From positions 6,306 to 70,305 of the forward strand of contig CAYNPK010000003.1 in NCBI GenBank assembly GCA_964399075.1: a DNA stretch of 64,000 nt, read 5' to 3'. Under the pieces are notes generated by a model. That model was not told the DNA's origin, made no database searches, and saw only the letters and a list, made by a program, of their open reading frames with translations. Origin of the DNA: an uncultured Candidatus Saccharibacteria bacterium. GTDB lineage: Bacteria; Patescibacteriota; Minisyncoccia; Phycocordibacterales; JACOZG01. Positions 37,148-46,943 of this stretch are shown one piece after another (positions within the stretch are counted from its first letter, which is position 1; the number at the start of each line of letters is the position of its first letter). A program made the translations under genes and the position numbers.

Positions 37148-37564
37148 ATGCTAACAATTTGGGAAAAACTAAGTGAGCTAATCTACATCACACTCTACAC
37201 CCGAGTATTTGCCTCAAACACGGTTACATTAATCGAGCCAACCATAACTGGTGATGGCACGATCGGTAGCGCAGGAACAAATAATTTTACGGATATTGCC
37301 GCGTATCTGAAAGCAATTTATCAAAATATTATTAGGGTCGTTGCTCTGATTGCCGTTTTGAGTCTCGCTTGGTGGGGTTTAAAATATATTACTAGCAATA
37401 TTCCGGGGATGAAAGCGGCTAGCAAAGAGCGTTTGTTTGATATTTTGGTGGGAATATTAGTTTTATTGGGTGCTTATTTAATCTTAAAAACTATCAATCC
37501 AAATATCTTCAAGGATCTGTCATTTGGTGAATTTTTTAACACAACGCCACCACCTACATCATGA
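37148..37564 (+). CDS. VirB2/TrbC-like pilin
   Basis: Two TMs with GLKYITS...ASKERL..ILVG.LVLLGAYLILKTINP. Confidence 0.78.
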   Translation: MLTIWEKLSELIYITLYTRVFASNTVTLIEPTITGDGTIGSAGTNNFTDIAAYLKAIYQNIIRVVALIAVLSLAWWGLKYITSNIPGMKAASKERLFDILVGILVLLGAYLILKTINPNIFKDLSFGEFFNTTPPPTS

Positions 37565-38874
37565 ACAAAAATCTGACAATCATTAGTATTATTGCTTTAA
37601 TTTTAATTCTAAGTGGCTTCTTTGCCATCCGTCTCCTTGGATCACCGGCTGAATTGTGGTCTCTGTTGCAAAAAACTATTACTAGAGCTCCAGAACAAAC
37701 TACTGTTCCGGAAGAAGCGCCACTGCCTAATAGATTTTTCCCAACCGGCGATCCGCGGGTCATTGTGCCACCAGCGCCAATAGATATTCCTGATGGTACC
37801 GACGGAGAACCCTTGCCTATTCCGCAATTAGATAACCGCTTTCGGCAAATTTCAAGCCAGCCGGTAGTTAATGTCGTCCAAGTTGGCGATGGCGCCACCA
37901 GTCAAATTATTTATCTGGACAAAGCAACCGGCCACCTCTACTCGGTGGGGGAAATGGGGCTTGCTAAACGCCTTTCTAACACCACTATCCCTAAAGTCTT
38001 AGAATTAGTTGCCGGTCAAAGTGGAGAACAATTACGCTTGATTGCTCGCTATCTAAAAGATGGCCGACTACAAAACTTTTCTGGCACACTACGAACACAA
38101 ACTAAAACTGAAGTAGAGACGGAAACAGAAATAGAGACAGAAGAACCGGGAGAAGTAGAAGGAATTCTCTTAACTTCAACCATGTCACAAGTAGCTGTTT
38201 CTCCTCAACAAGATAAAATTTTCTATTTGAACCAATCCGGAGACGGAACCACCGGTATTCTGGCCAATTTTGATGATACTGATCGTCAAACCATCTTCAC
38301 CCACCCACTTACAGAGTGGCAACTTGATTGGCCAAGTAACTCAACTGTAGCGATCACCACCAAACCAAGTTCGCAACTCCCGGGCCTACTCTATGTGGTA
38401 GATCTACAAACCAAAAATCTAAGGCGTCTGATTGGAGAAGTGCCCGGCTTGTCAGCCAAAGTAAGCCCTGACGGGTCTAAAGTGCTCTACAGTGGTAGTA
38501 GTAGCGCCACTGGCCCATTTATTGCCCTCTACGACATTAAACAAGATCTCATTGACAGGCTTCCTAATAGAACCCTAGCTGATAAATGCACCTGGTCTAA
38601 GGATAATATAACCATCTACTGTGGTATTCCCAAAACACTGCCAGCTAATGATTACCCGGAAGATTGGTACAGTGGCGAAGTCTCTTTCAGTGACAACTTA
38701 TGGAAAATTAATACTCAAACCGGTAGCGGTGAAATTATTTTTAATCCAGAACTTAGTGGCAGTGGAGAAATCGACGCGGTTAATCTAACCCCCGACAAGA
38801 CTGAAGGTGCTTTATATTTAATAAACAAAAGAGACGCTACTTTGTGGGAACTAGATCTCCAGTCAACTTTTTAG
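37561..38874 (+). CDS. Membrane-anchored beta-propeller (TolB-like) protein
   Basis: N-terminal TM, Pro-rich linker, VSPQQDKIFY and VSPDGSKVLY repeats. Confidence 0.75.
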   Translation: MNKNLTIISIIALILILSGFFAIRLLGSPAELWSLLQKTITRAPEQTTVPEEAPLPNRFFPTGDPRVIVPPAPIDIPDGTDGEPLPIPQLDNRFRQISSQPVVNVVQVGDGATSQIIYLDKATGHLYSVGEMGLAKRLSNTTIPKVLELVAGQSGEQLRLIARYLKDGRLQNFSGTLRTQTKTEVETETEIETEEPGEVEGILLTSTMSQVAVSPQQDKIFYLNQSGDGTTGILANFDDTDRQTIFTHPLTEWQLDWPSNSTVAITTKPSSQLPGLLYVVDLQTKNLRRLIGEVPGLSAKVSPDGSKVLYSGSSSATGPFIALYDIKQDLIDRLPNRTLADKCTWSKDNITIYCGIPKTLPANDYPEDWYSGEVSFSDNLWKINTQTGSGEIIFNPELSGSGEIDAVNLTPDKTEGALYLINKRDATLWELDLQSTF

Positions 38875-39577
38875 CCCTAGATCTGACAAATAACTCGTGA
38901 ACAATAGAAAACAAGTTGCCCACTAGCCAATAAATGGGCACCGCTGCTGGTAAACCAATAGAAAATAACATAATCATCACTGGCAAAATATAACGCATTT
39001 GAACTTGCATACTGCGCGCTAAATCTTCTTTTAAAGACGGGGTAGCATTAGGCAACTTTTTAGCCAGAGGTGGCATAGAAAAACTTATTTGGAAATACTG
39101 AGTAAACCCGACTAAAATAGCAATCAACCAACTACGCTCACTGACATCTAAGCCAAGTAAAATAGTATTAACCTGCTCCGGAGCAGAAATGAAAGAGTAA
39201 ATTAAATCGGGATCAAAACTGAAACTGCCACGAAAAACCATAAGCAAGGCCCAGAGAATAGGCAACTGAATCAGCAACAACAAGAAGCCACTGAAGGGGT
39301 TTACCCCATGCTGGCGATATAGAGCCATAATTTGGCGAGCCTGTTCGGCTTGGTCAGTTTTATATTTATCTTTTAGGCTTTTGATCTCTCCATCTAACTC
39401 CCTGATCTTATGTTGAGTACGCGACATTTTGTGCTGTAGGGGAAAAAGAGCTAAACGCACCAAGAGAGTTAAAATAATAATCGCCAAGCCAATATTTTGA
39501 CCAGGAACAATAGCACTTAACCAAGCCAGGGCGTTATATAGAGGTTCAAAAAACAAATTATTAAAAAGAAATTTCAT
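38837..39577 (-). CDS. yidC: Membrane protein insertase YidC
   Basis: GLAIIILTLLVRLALFPL, YRQHGVNPFSG, LIQLPIL, IYW. Confidence 0.94.
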   Translation of the reverse strand: MKFLFNNLFFEPLYNALAWLSAIVPGQNIGLAIIILTLLVRLALFPLQHKMSRTQHKIRELDGEIKSLKDKYKTDQAEQARQIMALYRQHGVNPFSGFLLLLIQLPILWALLMVFRGSFSFDPDLIYSFISAPEQVNTILLGLDVSERSWLIAILVGFTQYFQISFSMPPLAKKLPNATPSLKEDLARSMQVQMRYILPVMIMLFSIGLPAAVPIYWLVGNLFSIVHELFVRSRAKKLTGDLVPTK

Positions 39578-39587
39578 TTGTTATTTG

Positions 39588-39932
39588 TTATGTATTTAAC
39601 ATTTTAGCTTTTTGGAGTAAAAACACCAATTGTTTCTCGCATTCAACAAAAGAAACAGTTGACCAAGTTGGATCGAGAAAAACCACGGCTCTAAAATTGG
39701 GTTTTAATTGCTGTCTTAATTTGATTAAAATCGCCCGAGCACGACGCTTAATAAAGTTGCGCGTAACCGCTTTTTTAACCTTTTTGGCTGAAATCACTAG
39801 GGCTATTTGGGTTGGTCCACTAGGTTTTCTGGGAATAATACGAGCAACTAGGGGAGGAGAGCTAATGACGTGACCGGAACGCAAAACCAAAGACAATAAT
39901 TCTTTATTTAAGCGATTTGGATGTGGCAACAT
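39588..39932 (-). CDS. rnpA: RNase P protein component
   Basis: MLPHPNRL, ISAKKVKKAVTRNFIKRRAR; between rpmH and yidC. Confidence 0.9.
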   Translation of the reverse strand: MLPHPNRLNKELLSLVLRSGHVISSPPLVARIIPRKPSGPTQIALVISAKKVKKAVTRNFIKRRARAILIKLRQQLKPNFRAVVFLDPTWSTVSFVECEKQLVFLLQKAKMLNT

Positions 39933-39940
39933 GAACGGCG

Positions 39941-40075
39941 CTAAACCGTCAATTTTTTCCGGCCTTTGCGCCGACGCGAGCGAACCACCTTACGGCCAGC
40001 CGTTGTTTTGCTACGAGTTAAAAAACCATGAGTTTTAGCCCTCTTGCGTTTTTTTGGCTGATAAGTTACAGACAT
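39941..40075 (-). CDS. rpmH: 50S ribosomal protein L34 (not in ORF track)
   Basis: Manual translation [44 protein letters not shown]. Confidence 0.96.
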   Translation of the reverse strand: MSVTYQPKKRKRAKTHGFLTRSKTTAGRKVVRSRRRKGRKKLTV

Positions 40076-40186
40076 TTCACGAGTATAACTTAAAAATCAA
40101 TTGAGGGCAAATCTTAAGTAATCCACTGATTATTCACAGTATTGACTAGATAGCGGAAAGCTAAAGAGAAGCATATAATAATCCTA

Positions 40187-41551
40187 ATGTTAGAAAACAA
40201 AGAACTATGGGAGCGTGCTCTAGTAGATATTGAAATAAATACTTCTAAGGCCAACTTTGGCACCTGGTTTAAAAATACTCAAATCACTAAACAAGACAAC
40301 GGAACCGTCTATATTGGTGTGCCAAATACTTTCGTGAAAGACTGGCTTTTGAATAAATTCCACAAACTTATCTTGAAGTCATTACGAGATTTAGATCCAG
40401 AGGTTAGAGCCATAGAATATGTGGTGATAAAAAACGAAGACTTGAATAAAAATCAAGTATTTAGGCCCGAACACAAGCATGGAATCGACAGTCAGTTGAA
40501 TTTACCAGAGCTCTATATCAACCGCGAAGACAACCTTAATCCCAAATACGTCTTCGAAACTTTCATTGTTGGACCATTTAACGAACTTGCTCACGCCGCC
40601 AGTCAAGCGGTACTCAACAAAATTGGGGCAATTTATAACCCACTTTTTATTTACGGCGGAACTGGTTTGGGTAAAACCCACCTAATTCAAGCCGTTGGCA
40701 ACCATGTCAAAGAGCGTTTCCCAGGAAAAAAAGTGTTTTATGTCACCTCTGAACAATTTGTTATTGATTATGTCAATTCAGTCCAAAACAACCGCGGTAA
40801 CGGCAATCAATTTAAAGAAAAATATCGCAAATATGATGTTTTAATCATGGATGATGTCCAATTCTTTTCTAACAAAGACAGAACCCAGGAAGAATTATTC
40901 CATTTGTTTAATAATTTTTACGAAAACAATAAGCAAATTATCTTTTCTTCTGATAAAGCGCCAAAATATATCTCAAACCTAGAAGAACGCCTCCGTTCGC
41001 GCTTCGAGGGGGGGATGATCGTCGATGTAGCTAAACCAGACTATGAATCACGACTAGCAATCTTAAATAGTAAGACCAAGGGCCACCCCTTCCGTCCCGA
41101 ACCAGAGATATTAGAGTACGTAGCAAATGTTATTCAAGACAACATTCGCGAGCTAGAGGGAGCTCTAAACTCTATCATTTGCCAATCCGAACTAAAAAAC
41201 CGCAATCTAACCTTCCAAGAGATTAAAACGTTAGTTAAAAACAACATCAAACCAAAGCGCCTGGTTTCAATTAAAGGAGTGGCTAATGTAATAGCTAATT
41301 TCTACAACATTCATGAGAAAACCCTCTACGACAAAACTCGAAAAAAAGAAGTGGTGAAACCAAGACAAGTAATGATGTACTTATTACGAGAAGATTTCAG
41401 CACCTCTTACCCTTATATCGGACAAAAAATGGGTGGTCGAGATCACACCACAGTAATCCACGCTTACGAAAAAATAAAACACGATCTAAAGGACGATACG
41501 ATGTTGTCACAAGAGGTCGAGCAAATTCGTGCTATGTTGTATAATGAGTGA
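40187..41551 (+). CDS. dnaA: Chromosomal replication initiator DnaA
   Basis: YNPLFIYGGTGLGKTHL, MDDVQF, RELEGAL, GGRDHTTVIHA. Confidence 0.98.
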   Translation: MLENKELWERALVDIEINTSKANFGTWFKNTQITKQDNGTVYIGVPNTFVKDWLLNKFHKLILKSLRDLDPEVRAIEYVVIKNEDLNKNQVFRPEHKHGIDSQLNLPELYINREDNLNPKYVFETFIVGPFNELAHAASQAVLNKIGAIYNPLFIYGGTGLGKTHLIQAVGNHVKERFPGKKVFYVTSEQFVIDYVNSVQNNRGNGNQFKEKYRKYDVLIMDDVQFFSNKDRTQEELFHLFNNFYENNKQIIFSSDKAPKYISNLEERLRSRFEGGMIVDVAKPDYESRLAILNSKTKGHPFRPEPEILEYVANVIQDNIRELEGALNSIICQSELKNRNLTFQEIKTLVKNNIKPKRLVSIKGVANVIANFYNIHEKTLYDKTRKKEVVKPRQVMMYLLREDFSTSYPYIGQKMGGRDHTTVIHAYEKIKHDLKDDTMLSQEVEQIRAMLYNE

Positions 41552-41757
41552 ATAAGGTGGGGATGAAGTGGTGGATAAATAGGGAACTAGAGAGATCAAA
41601 AAACTTAAAGATGTTTTTCAAAAAAAATAAAACCAACATATCCACAAGTTTATCCAGAAATAATTTTTACAAAAAGCTTGAGATGATAACCTCCAGAGAA
41701 CTTATCACCACTATCCCCAGACCTAATAGTATTAGTAATTTATAATCTTAATCTATT
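41552..41757. other. Probable replication origin oriC
   Basis: Degenerate DnaA boxes (GGTGGATAA 41570, ATATCCACA 41638, TTATCCAGA 41650, CTATCCCCA 41711), TAA-TAG-TAT-TAG-TAA trios 41724-41738, AT-rich tail. Confidence 0.8.
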
Positions 41758-42879
41758 ATGAGAGTTGAATACCTAAAAGATAAGTTGCGTTGGGCCATCA
41801 ATATTGCCGAAAAAATGACTGGTAAAAATTTGTCTTTACCAACCCTAGGACAAGTTATGCTTGAAGCCGATCAGCATGTCCTTAAGGTTAAAGCGACAAA
41901 TCTTGATGTGGGGGTGGAACTTCTTTTGCCTGCCAAGGTAGTGGAGATCGGCCGGGTGATGGTTGATGGTTCTGTTTTGAGTAATTTTTTAGCTAATCTT
42001 TATCGTGGGGAGAGGGTTGTTCTGGAAACAACTTCACAAAATCTGATTGTTTCTTCAGACAACACCTCATCGGTAATTAAAACTTATCCCATTGATGATT
42101 TTCCAGATATTCCACGACTAAATAATGATGACAATTATTCTGTCACCATCTCTTCTTCGCAGTTAGTTTCTGGTCTTAAATCTGTTTCTTACGCTGCCTC
42201 TCTTTCAGATATTAAGCCAGAAATTGCCAGTATTTATCTCTATCAAGATCAGGGGAGTGGTGATTTGGTTTTTGTGAGCACTGACTCATTTCGTTTGGCG
42301 GAAAAAAGGCTTAATCTTGGCGTTGATAACCAGTCAGCCAAACCACCCTCTTTGATTATTCCTGCCAGGAATGTGGTTGAGATAATTCGGGCTATGGATG
42401 GGCTGGATGAGTTGGTTAAGGTGTCTTGGGATGGTAATCAGGTAGCTTTTGTGACTGATAAGATTTATCTTGTTTCTCGGTTAGTGGGTGGAACCTTTCC
42501 TGATTATCGCCAAATTATGCCAACCAACAATCAAACTAAGGCGATTATGACCAAGACTGATCTGTTGAATACTTTGAAGTTGTCTAATATTTTTGCTGAT
42601 AAATTAAACCAAGTTCATCTTAAGATTGCCGTCAAAGATAATTTGTTTGAAATAAACTCTCGTCATGGCGATGTTGGTGAGAATACAACCAAACTCTCGG
42701 CTACTTTAAGTGGTGAGGATGTAGAAATTGGTTTCAATATTCGCTATCTTCTTGATTGTTTCCAGTCAATTAATACTGAAAAAGTGTCCCTGTCTTTTAA
42801 TAGCCACAACAGACCAATTGTCGTCGCTGGAGTCGGTGACTCTTCTTTTACTTATTTGATTATGCCACTTAATCGTTAA
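41758..42879 (+). CDS. dnaN: DNA polymerase III beta clamp
   Basis: ATNLD, STDSFRLA, SRLVGGTFPDY, GFNIRYLLD, YLIMPL. Confidence 0.96.
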   Translation: MRVEYLKDKLRWAINIAEKMTGKNLSLPTLGQVMLEADQHVLKVKATNLDVGVELLLPAKVVEIGRVMVDGSVLSNFLANLYRGERVVLETTSQNLIVSSDNTSSVIKTYPIDDFPDIPRLNNDDNYSVTISSSQLVSGLKSVSYAASLSDIKPEIASIYLYQDQGSGDLVFVSTDSFRLAEKRLNLGVDNQSAKPPSLIIPARNVVEIIRAMDGLDELVKVSWDGNQVAFVTDKIYLVSRLVGGTFPDYRQIMPTNNQTKAIMTKTDLLNTLKLSNIFADKLNQVHLKIAVKDNLFEINSRHGDVGENTTKLSATLSGEDVEIGFNIRYLLDCFQSINTEKVSLSFNSHNRPIVVAGVGDSSFTYLIMPLNR

Positions 42880-42890
42880 TTTTATTTGCT

Positions 42891-43145
42891 GTGGAGTCGA
42901 TTAAGCTATATTTAGAGCGCTTTCGTGGACTACAGGCTCCTGATACTGATCTTAAGAAATTAATCATCCAAACTGTTTCCGATGTGGTTGGTGTTAAGCT
43001 TGATAAAAAATCTATTAGTTTCCAAGGGCAGACAGTTTTTATTAAAGCTAGATCAGTCATTAAGGCGGAAATTTTTATTCATCGCCAGGAGATTATTAAG
43101 CAGTTGGAAGAAAAACTCGATCGATCTTTGGGGGAGTTAGTCTAA
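42891..43145 (+). CDS. Small hypothetical protein (possibly DciA/DUF721-like)
   Basis: 84-aa ORF directly after dnaN; family guess from position and size only. Confidence 0.55.
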   Translation: MESIKLYLERFRGLQAPDTDLKKLIIQTVSDVVGVKLDKKSISFQGQTVFIKARSVIKAEIFIHRQEIIKQLEEKLDRSLGELV

Positions 43146-45598
43146 TTTTCGATTTTAAGGGGGATAACCTTTTCGCTTTTGTTGCGAACTGAATCATAGA
43201 CAACAATTTTAAGTTCGCTGTTTAATCTGCTTTCGTTGTCGCTGTCAAGTTTGAATGAGAAGGTGTAAGGTTGGCTCTTAATTGTTCCTAAGTAGGTTTC
43301 GTCTAAAAAGATATCTATTTGCCCCAAGGGAAATCGTCCACGATAATTGCTTATTAAAATGTTAACTTCTTCGTTTGTTGTATAAATACTGTCTGGCGTC
43401 GGCTGGTCGACAGTAAAGTTTGGTTTGTTTTCCGGACGGTGGATGTCGTCAGTTTCGGTTGGGATTACATCTTCGGTTTCCTCAATAATCCTTTGAGATT
43501 TTGCCCAAGTTCTAATTGGTCCTTCCCATAGAGAAAACTGTGGATCGTTTTGTTGACCAAGCCAGTATAGAATCGAGTGGACTTGAGTGATCACTTTTTC
43601 TTCTCGTAAATCTTCCGGAGTGTGTTCCGTGGCTAGTTTCCCAGAAACAGTGTCAATGAAATAACTTTTGCCACCCTGCCAAAATCCTCTTAAGTAAGGC
43701 GCCAGATTTGAAGGCGTTGGTTCTGGTTCTTGGAAATACTCTTTAGGTCTAGTGCCTAGAACTTTTTGCATATAATTATTCCAGATTGGTGCGGCGATTA
43801 AACTAGCCACTCGTCTGACCATTGGAGTGTTGTCGTTGTTTCCCACCCAGGCGCCCACCACCAAATTGGGTGTGTAGCCCAAAATCCAGGCATCTTTGTA
43901 GTCGTTTGTGGTGCCGGTTTTAGTTGCCACTTGGTATCCGGGGACATTTAGTAATGACCCTGGTTGGAATGTTGGTTGTCGAGCTTTGTCGTCAGAAAGA
44001 ATGTCAGAAATTTGTCTAGCAACGTTTTCTGATAAGATTCGCTCGGGTCTGGGTTTAAACTCTTCTAAAACCACTCCATTACTGTCCTCAATGCGCATTA
44101 GCGCTGTTGGTGGGTTGCGGACACCCTCTGCCGCAAAAACACCGTAAGCGCCCGTTAATTCGAGTAAGGAGACTTCACCACCACCCAGCACTAAGGTTAA
44201 GCCATAACGTCGCCAATCTTCCAAACTATTAATTCCTAAACGTTTTGCCATCTCGATTGAGTCTTTCAGGCCGGCGAGATAGAGAACTTTAATTGCGACT
44301 ATGTTTATTGAGCGACCCAGAGCGTTGCGTAAAGTCATCGGACCATTAAAGTTTCCATCATAATTTGATGGCCAATAGCACTTACCGCCGGATCGACCAC
44401 AAGAGGTATCAAATTGCGTCGGGAGGTCAAAAATAACAGTTTCTGGCGTGAAATTCTTACTTAGAGCGGTGGCATAAACGATGGGTTTGAAGGCTGAACC
44501 AGGTTGACGGTGGGCGGTGGTGACATTAAAATTACCTCCATTTTCTTTATCAAAATAGTCTACAGAACCAACCATTGTCAGAATTTGACCAGTATTGGGA
44601 TCCATGGCAACCAAAGCGGCATTACCAGCTTGGAATTTTTGTTTATTTTCTTCGGCGTGTTGTTTAATAATTTCTTCAGCGGTTTCTTGGAGATCCCAGT
44701 CTAGAGTGGTGATAACACGATAGCCACGAGTGGTTAATATTTCTTCACCGTACTTTTTTATTAAATAATCACGAACAAACATCACAAAGTGGGGGGCTTT
44801 AATAATTCCGTTTTGGGGATCCATAAACTCCACCTCCTCCTCTCTCGCAGCTTGTTCTTCTTCGGCGGTAATGTAACCAAGATCTAGCATTCGTTGGAGA
44901 ACCACGTTTTTTCGTTCTTCAAGTCGATCGCGATTTTCTCCGTATGGTGAATAAAATGTTGGCGCCCTGGCTAGGGCCACAATGTAAGCTGCCTCTGCGA
45001 GGCTAACATCCATGGCTGTTTTGCCGAAGAATGTTTGTGAGGCTTCTTCAACTCCGTAAATAGTACCTCCGTAGGGAGTTTCATTCAGGTAAATGGTTAG
45101 AATTTGCTCTTTGGTCATTGTTTGTTCTAGTTTCAGAGCCAAAACCAATTCTTTTATTTTGCGAGTTGGTGTCCGGTCGCGAGTTAAAAGAGTATTTTTA
45201 ATTGCTTGTTGGGTGATTGTAGAGCCACCGGCCGGACGTTTATTTTGGAGAATATTGCCAAAAATAGCTCTAAACATTGCCAATGGTCGGACGCCACTGT
45301 GCTCATAAAATTTATCATCTTCAATGGCTAGAGTGGCGCTTTTAAGAAAAGGCGAGATCTCTTCAAATGGGATTAATCTCCTTTTGATGTTTTCGTGAAT
45401 ATCAAACAGAACGATTTTACCGGTTCGGTCATAGATTTTAGTAGATTCGGCCACCACGCGCTGGTGGAATGAATCAAAAGAGGGAATATCAAGAGAAATT
45501 AGCCATAAAGAAAAGATACCACCAATGATTAAGATGCAAATCAAGATGATCAAAATGATCTCTTTATAATACAACCTAAATTTTAGCCCTTTCTTCAT
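43142..45598 (-). CDS. Class A penicillin-binding protein (PBP1A family)
   Basis: EDDKFYEH, GGSTITQQ, RKIKE, SAFK, SIN, KTGT. Confidence 0.95.
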   Translation of the reverse strand: MKKGLKFRLYYKEIILIILICILIIGGIFSLWLISLDIPSFDSFHQRVVAESTKIYDRTGKIVLFDIHENIKRRLIPFEEISPFLKSATLAIEDDKFYEHSGVRPLAMFRAIFGNILQNKRPAGGSTITQQAIKNTLLTRDRTPTRKIKELVLALKLEQTMTKEQILTIYLNETPYGGTIYGVEEASQTFFGKTAMDVSLAEAAYIVALARAPTFYSPYGENRDRLEERKNVVLQRMLDLGYITAEEEQAAREEEVEFMDPQNGIIKAPHFVMFVRDYLIKKYGEEILTTRGYRVITTLDWDLQETAEEIIKQHAEENKQKFQAGNAALVAMDPNTGQILTMVGSVDYFDKENGGNFNVTTAHRQPGSAFKPIVYATALSKNFTPETVIFDLPTQFDTSCGRSGGKCYWPSNYDGNFNGPMTLRNALGRSINIVAIKVLYLAGLKDSIEMAKRLGINSLEDWRRYGLTLVLGGGEVSLLELTGAYGVFAAEGVRNPPTALMRIEDSNGVVLEEFKPRPERILSENVARQISDILSDDKARQPTFQPGSLLNVPGYQVATKTGTTNDYKDAWILGYTPNLVVGAWVGNNDNTPMVRRVASLIAAPIWNNYMQKVLGTRPKEYFQEPEPTPSNLAPYLRGFWQGGKSYFIDTVSGKLATEHTPEDLREEKVITQVHSILYWLGQQNDPQFSLWEGPIRTWAKSQRIIEETEDVIPTETDDIHRPENKPNFTVDQPTPDSIYTTNEEVNILISNYRGRFPLGQIDIFLDETYLGTIKSQPYTFSFKLDSDNESRLNSELKIVVYDSVRNKSEKVIPLKIEN

Positions 45599-45622
45599 TG
45601 AGTTTTATCCTAGCATATTTCA

Positions 45623-45656
45623 CAACAAAACTCCCATTGGGTGGGAGTTTTGTTGT
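45623..45656. terminator. Intrinsic terminator
   Basis: CAACAAAACTCCCA-ttggg-TGGGAGTTTTGTTG. Confidence 0.75.
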
Positions 45657-45665
45657 TTGGGTTAT

Positions 45666-45788
45666 CTAAAAATCGTCGTCACCAAAAACTTCTTCCGTTT
45701 CGCTGTCTTCTCCAAAAGTATCATCACCGTCACCCAAATCTAGTTCATCACCAGGAGGGGTGATGTCATCTAATTCATCTCTGCCCAT
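45666..45788 (-). CDS. 40-aa highly acidic peptide (not in ORF track)
   Basis: MGRDELDDITPPGDELDLGDGDDTFGEDSETEEVFGDDDF, followed by a terminator. Confidence 0.6.
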   Translation of the reverse strand: MGRDELDDITPPGDELDLGDGDDTFGEDSETEEVFGDDDF

Positions 45789-45886
45789 ACTTTTTGCTAA
45801 ATCATTTTTAAAGATTGTGCCGACCCTTGTCTCAATACTCTAGAGACTTTCCATTTTTAGCACACTGCTATTTTTTTGCAATAGAA

Positions 45887-46390
45887 TTATTCTAATATTG
45901 TGGATAAACGAGCCAGGGTGGTAAGCCCAAGAGCGATGGCGTCATATTCGTCATCATACTTCGGCACTTTTTCTAGAGTAACTATCCGCTTAACCATTTC
46001 TGTAACCTGGCTTTTGTCGGCTCGGCCGTGACCAGTAATAGTGCTTTTAATTTCCAATGGGGTATATTCAATAATTGGAAGCTCATGCTTGCTCGCTAGA
46101 TACAGCAACATTCCTCTTACCTCACTAACTGCGCTGGCAGTTTTTTTGTTTGAGGCAAAGAATAGTTTTTCGATCGCCACTAATTGTGGTTTGTATTTTT
46201 TGATTAGTGATTCAAATTCATCGCCCAAGATTACTAGGCGTTCCGCGAAAGATTTTGTTCGGGGAGTAATAATGCAGGTTGAATAAACAATTTTTTCATC
46301 TAATAAGTTTTTCTCTACCACAGCGGCCCCTAGGCGCTCATATCCGGGATCTATCGCTAGTACGCGTGTTGAATCTTTTGTTTTATTCAT
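45887..46390 (-). CDS. ruvC: Holliday junction resolvase RuvC
   Basis: LAIDPG, AIEKLFF, EYTPLEIK, GRADKSQV, DDEYDAIA. Confidence 0.95.
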   Translation of the reverse strand: MNKTKDSTRVLAIDPGYERLGAAVVEKNLLDEKIVYSTCIITPRTKSFAERLVILGDEFESLIKKYKPQLVAIEKLFFASNKKTASAVSEVRGMLLYLASKHELPIIEYTPLEIKSTITGHGRADKSQVTEMVKRIVTLEKVPKYDDEYDAIALGLTTLARLSTILE

Positions 46391-46940
46391 CTTTATTTTC
46401 GACCTCGAGATTTGAGGCATTAGTCCAAACGTTTTTAACATCCTCATGTTTGGTTAGATTCTCGATTAGGCTGCTTAATTTATTAATATCATCATTAGTT
46501 ACTTCAATTGTCGTTATAGATTGCCAGCCATCTTCAGTTTTTTTAAAAAACCAAATTGCCGCGCCTGGTGTAGCTAAGCTGGCGTTATTAATTGCCAGTA
46601 GATGTTTAATTTCTTGCCCGGTGCGATTGCGATTATTAGTGATGCCCTCAATAATTAGAGCCACTCCGCTTGGGCCATAAGCCTCATAGATAACTTCTTC
46701 TAAGTTGTTTTTATTGTCACTACTAGCGTTTCTGATTGCTCTCTCGATGGTGTCATTGGGTATATTTTCTGCTCGCGCCCTTTCTATCGCCTGGCGGACA
46801 GTAGGTAGATTGTGATCGCCGTTCGCCTTCTTTATTTCCATCGTGATTGTCTTCGCCAATAAGGAAAAGCGCCGACTTCGGCGGATATCTTCAGCTACCT
46901 TTCTTCTTTTTATTTGCGTCCACTTATTGTGTCCGGCCAT
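46383..46940 (-). CDS. yebC: YebC/PmpR family protein (short form)
   Basis: MAGHNKWTQIKRRK, YEAYGPSGVA, TNNRNRT. Confidence 0.93.
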   Translation of the reverse strand: MAGHNKWTQIKRRKVAEDIRRSRRFSLLAKTITMEIKKANGDHNLPTVRQAIERARAENIPNDTIERAIRNASSDNKNNLEEVIYEAYGPSGVALIIEGITNNRNRTGQEIKHLLAINNASLATPGAAIWFFKKTEDGWQSITTIEVTNDDINKLSSLIENLTKHEDVKNVWTNASNLEVENKDE

Positions 46941-46943
46941 GTT

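Noticed and set aside
41548-41745. 65-aa ORF between dnaA and dnaN
   Set aside because: Overlies DnaA boxes/oriC; low-complexity translation
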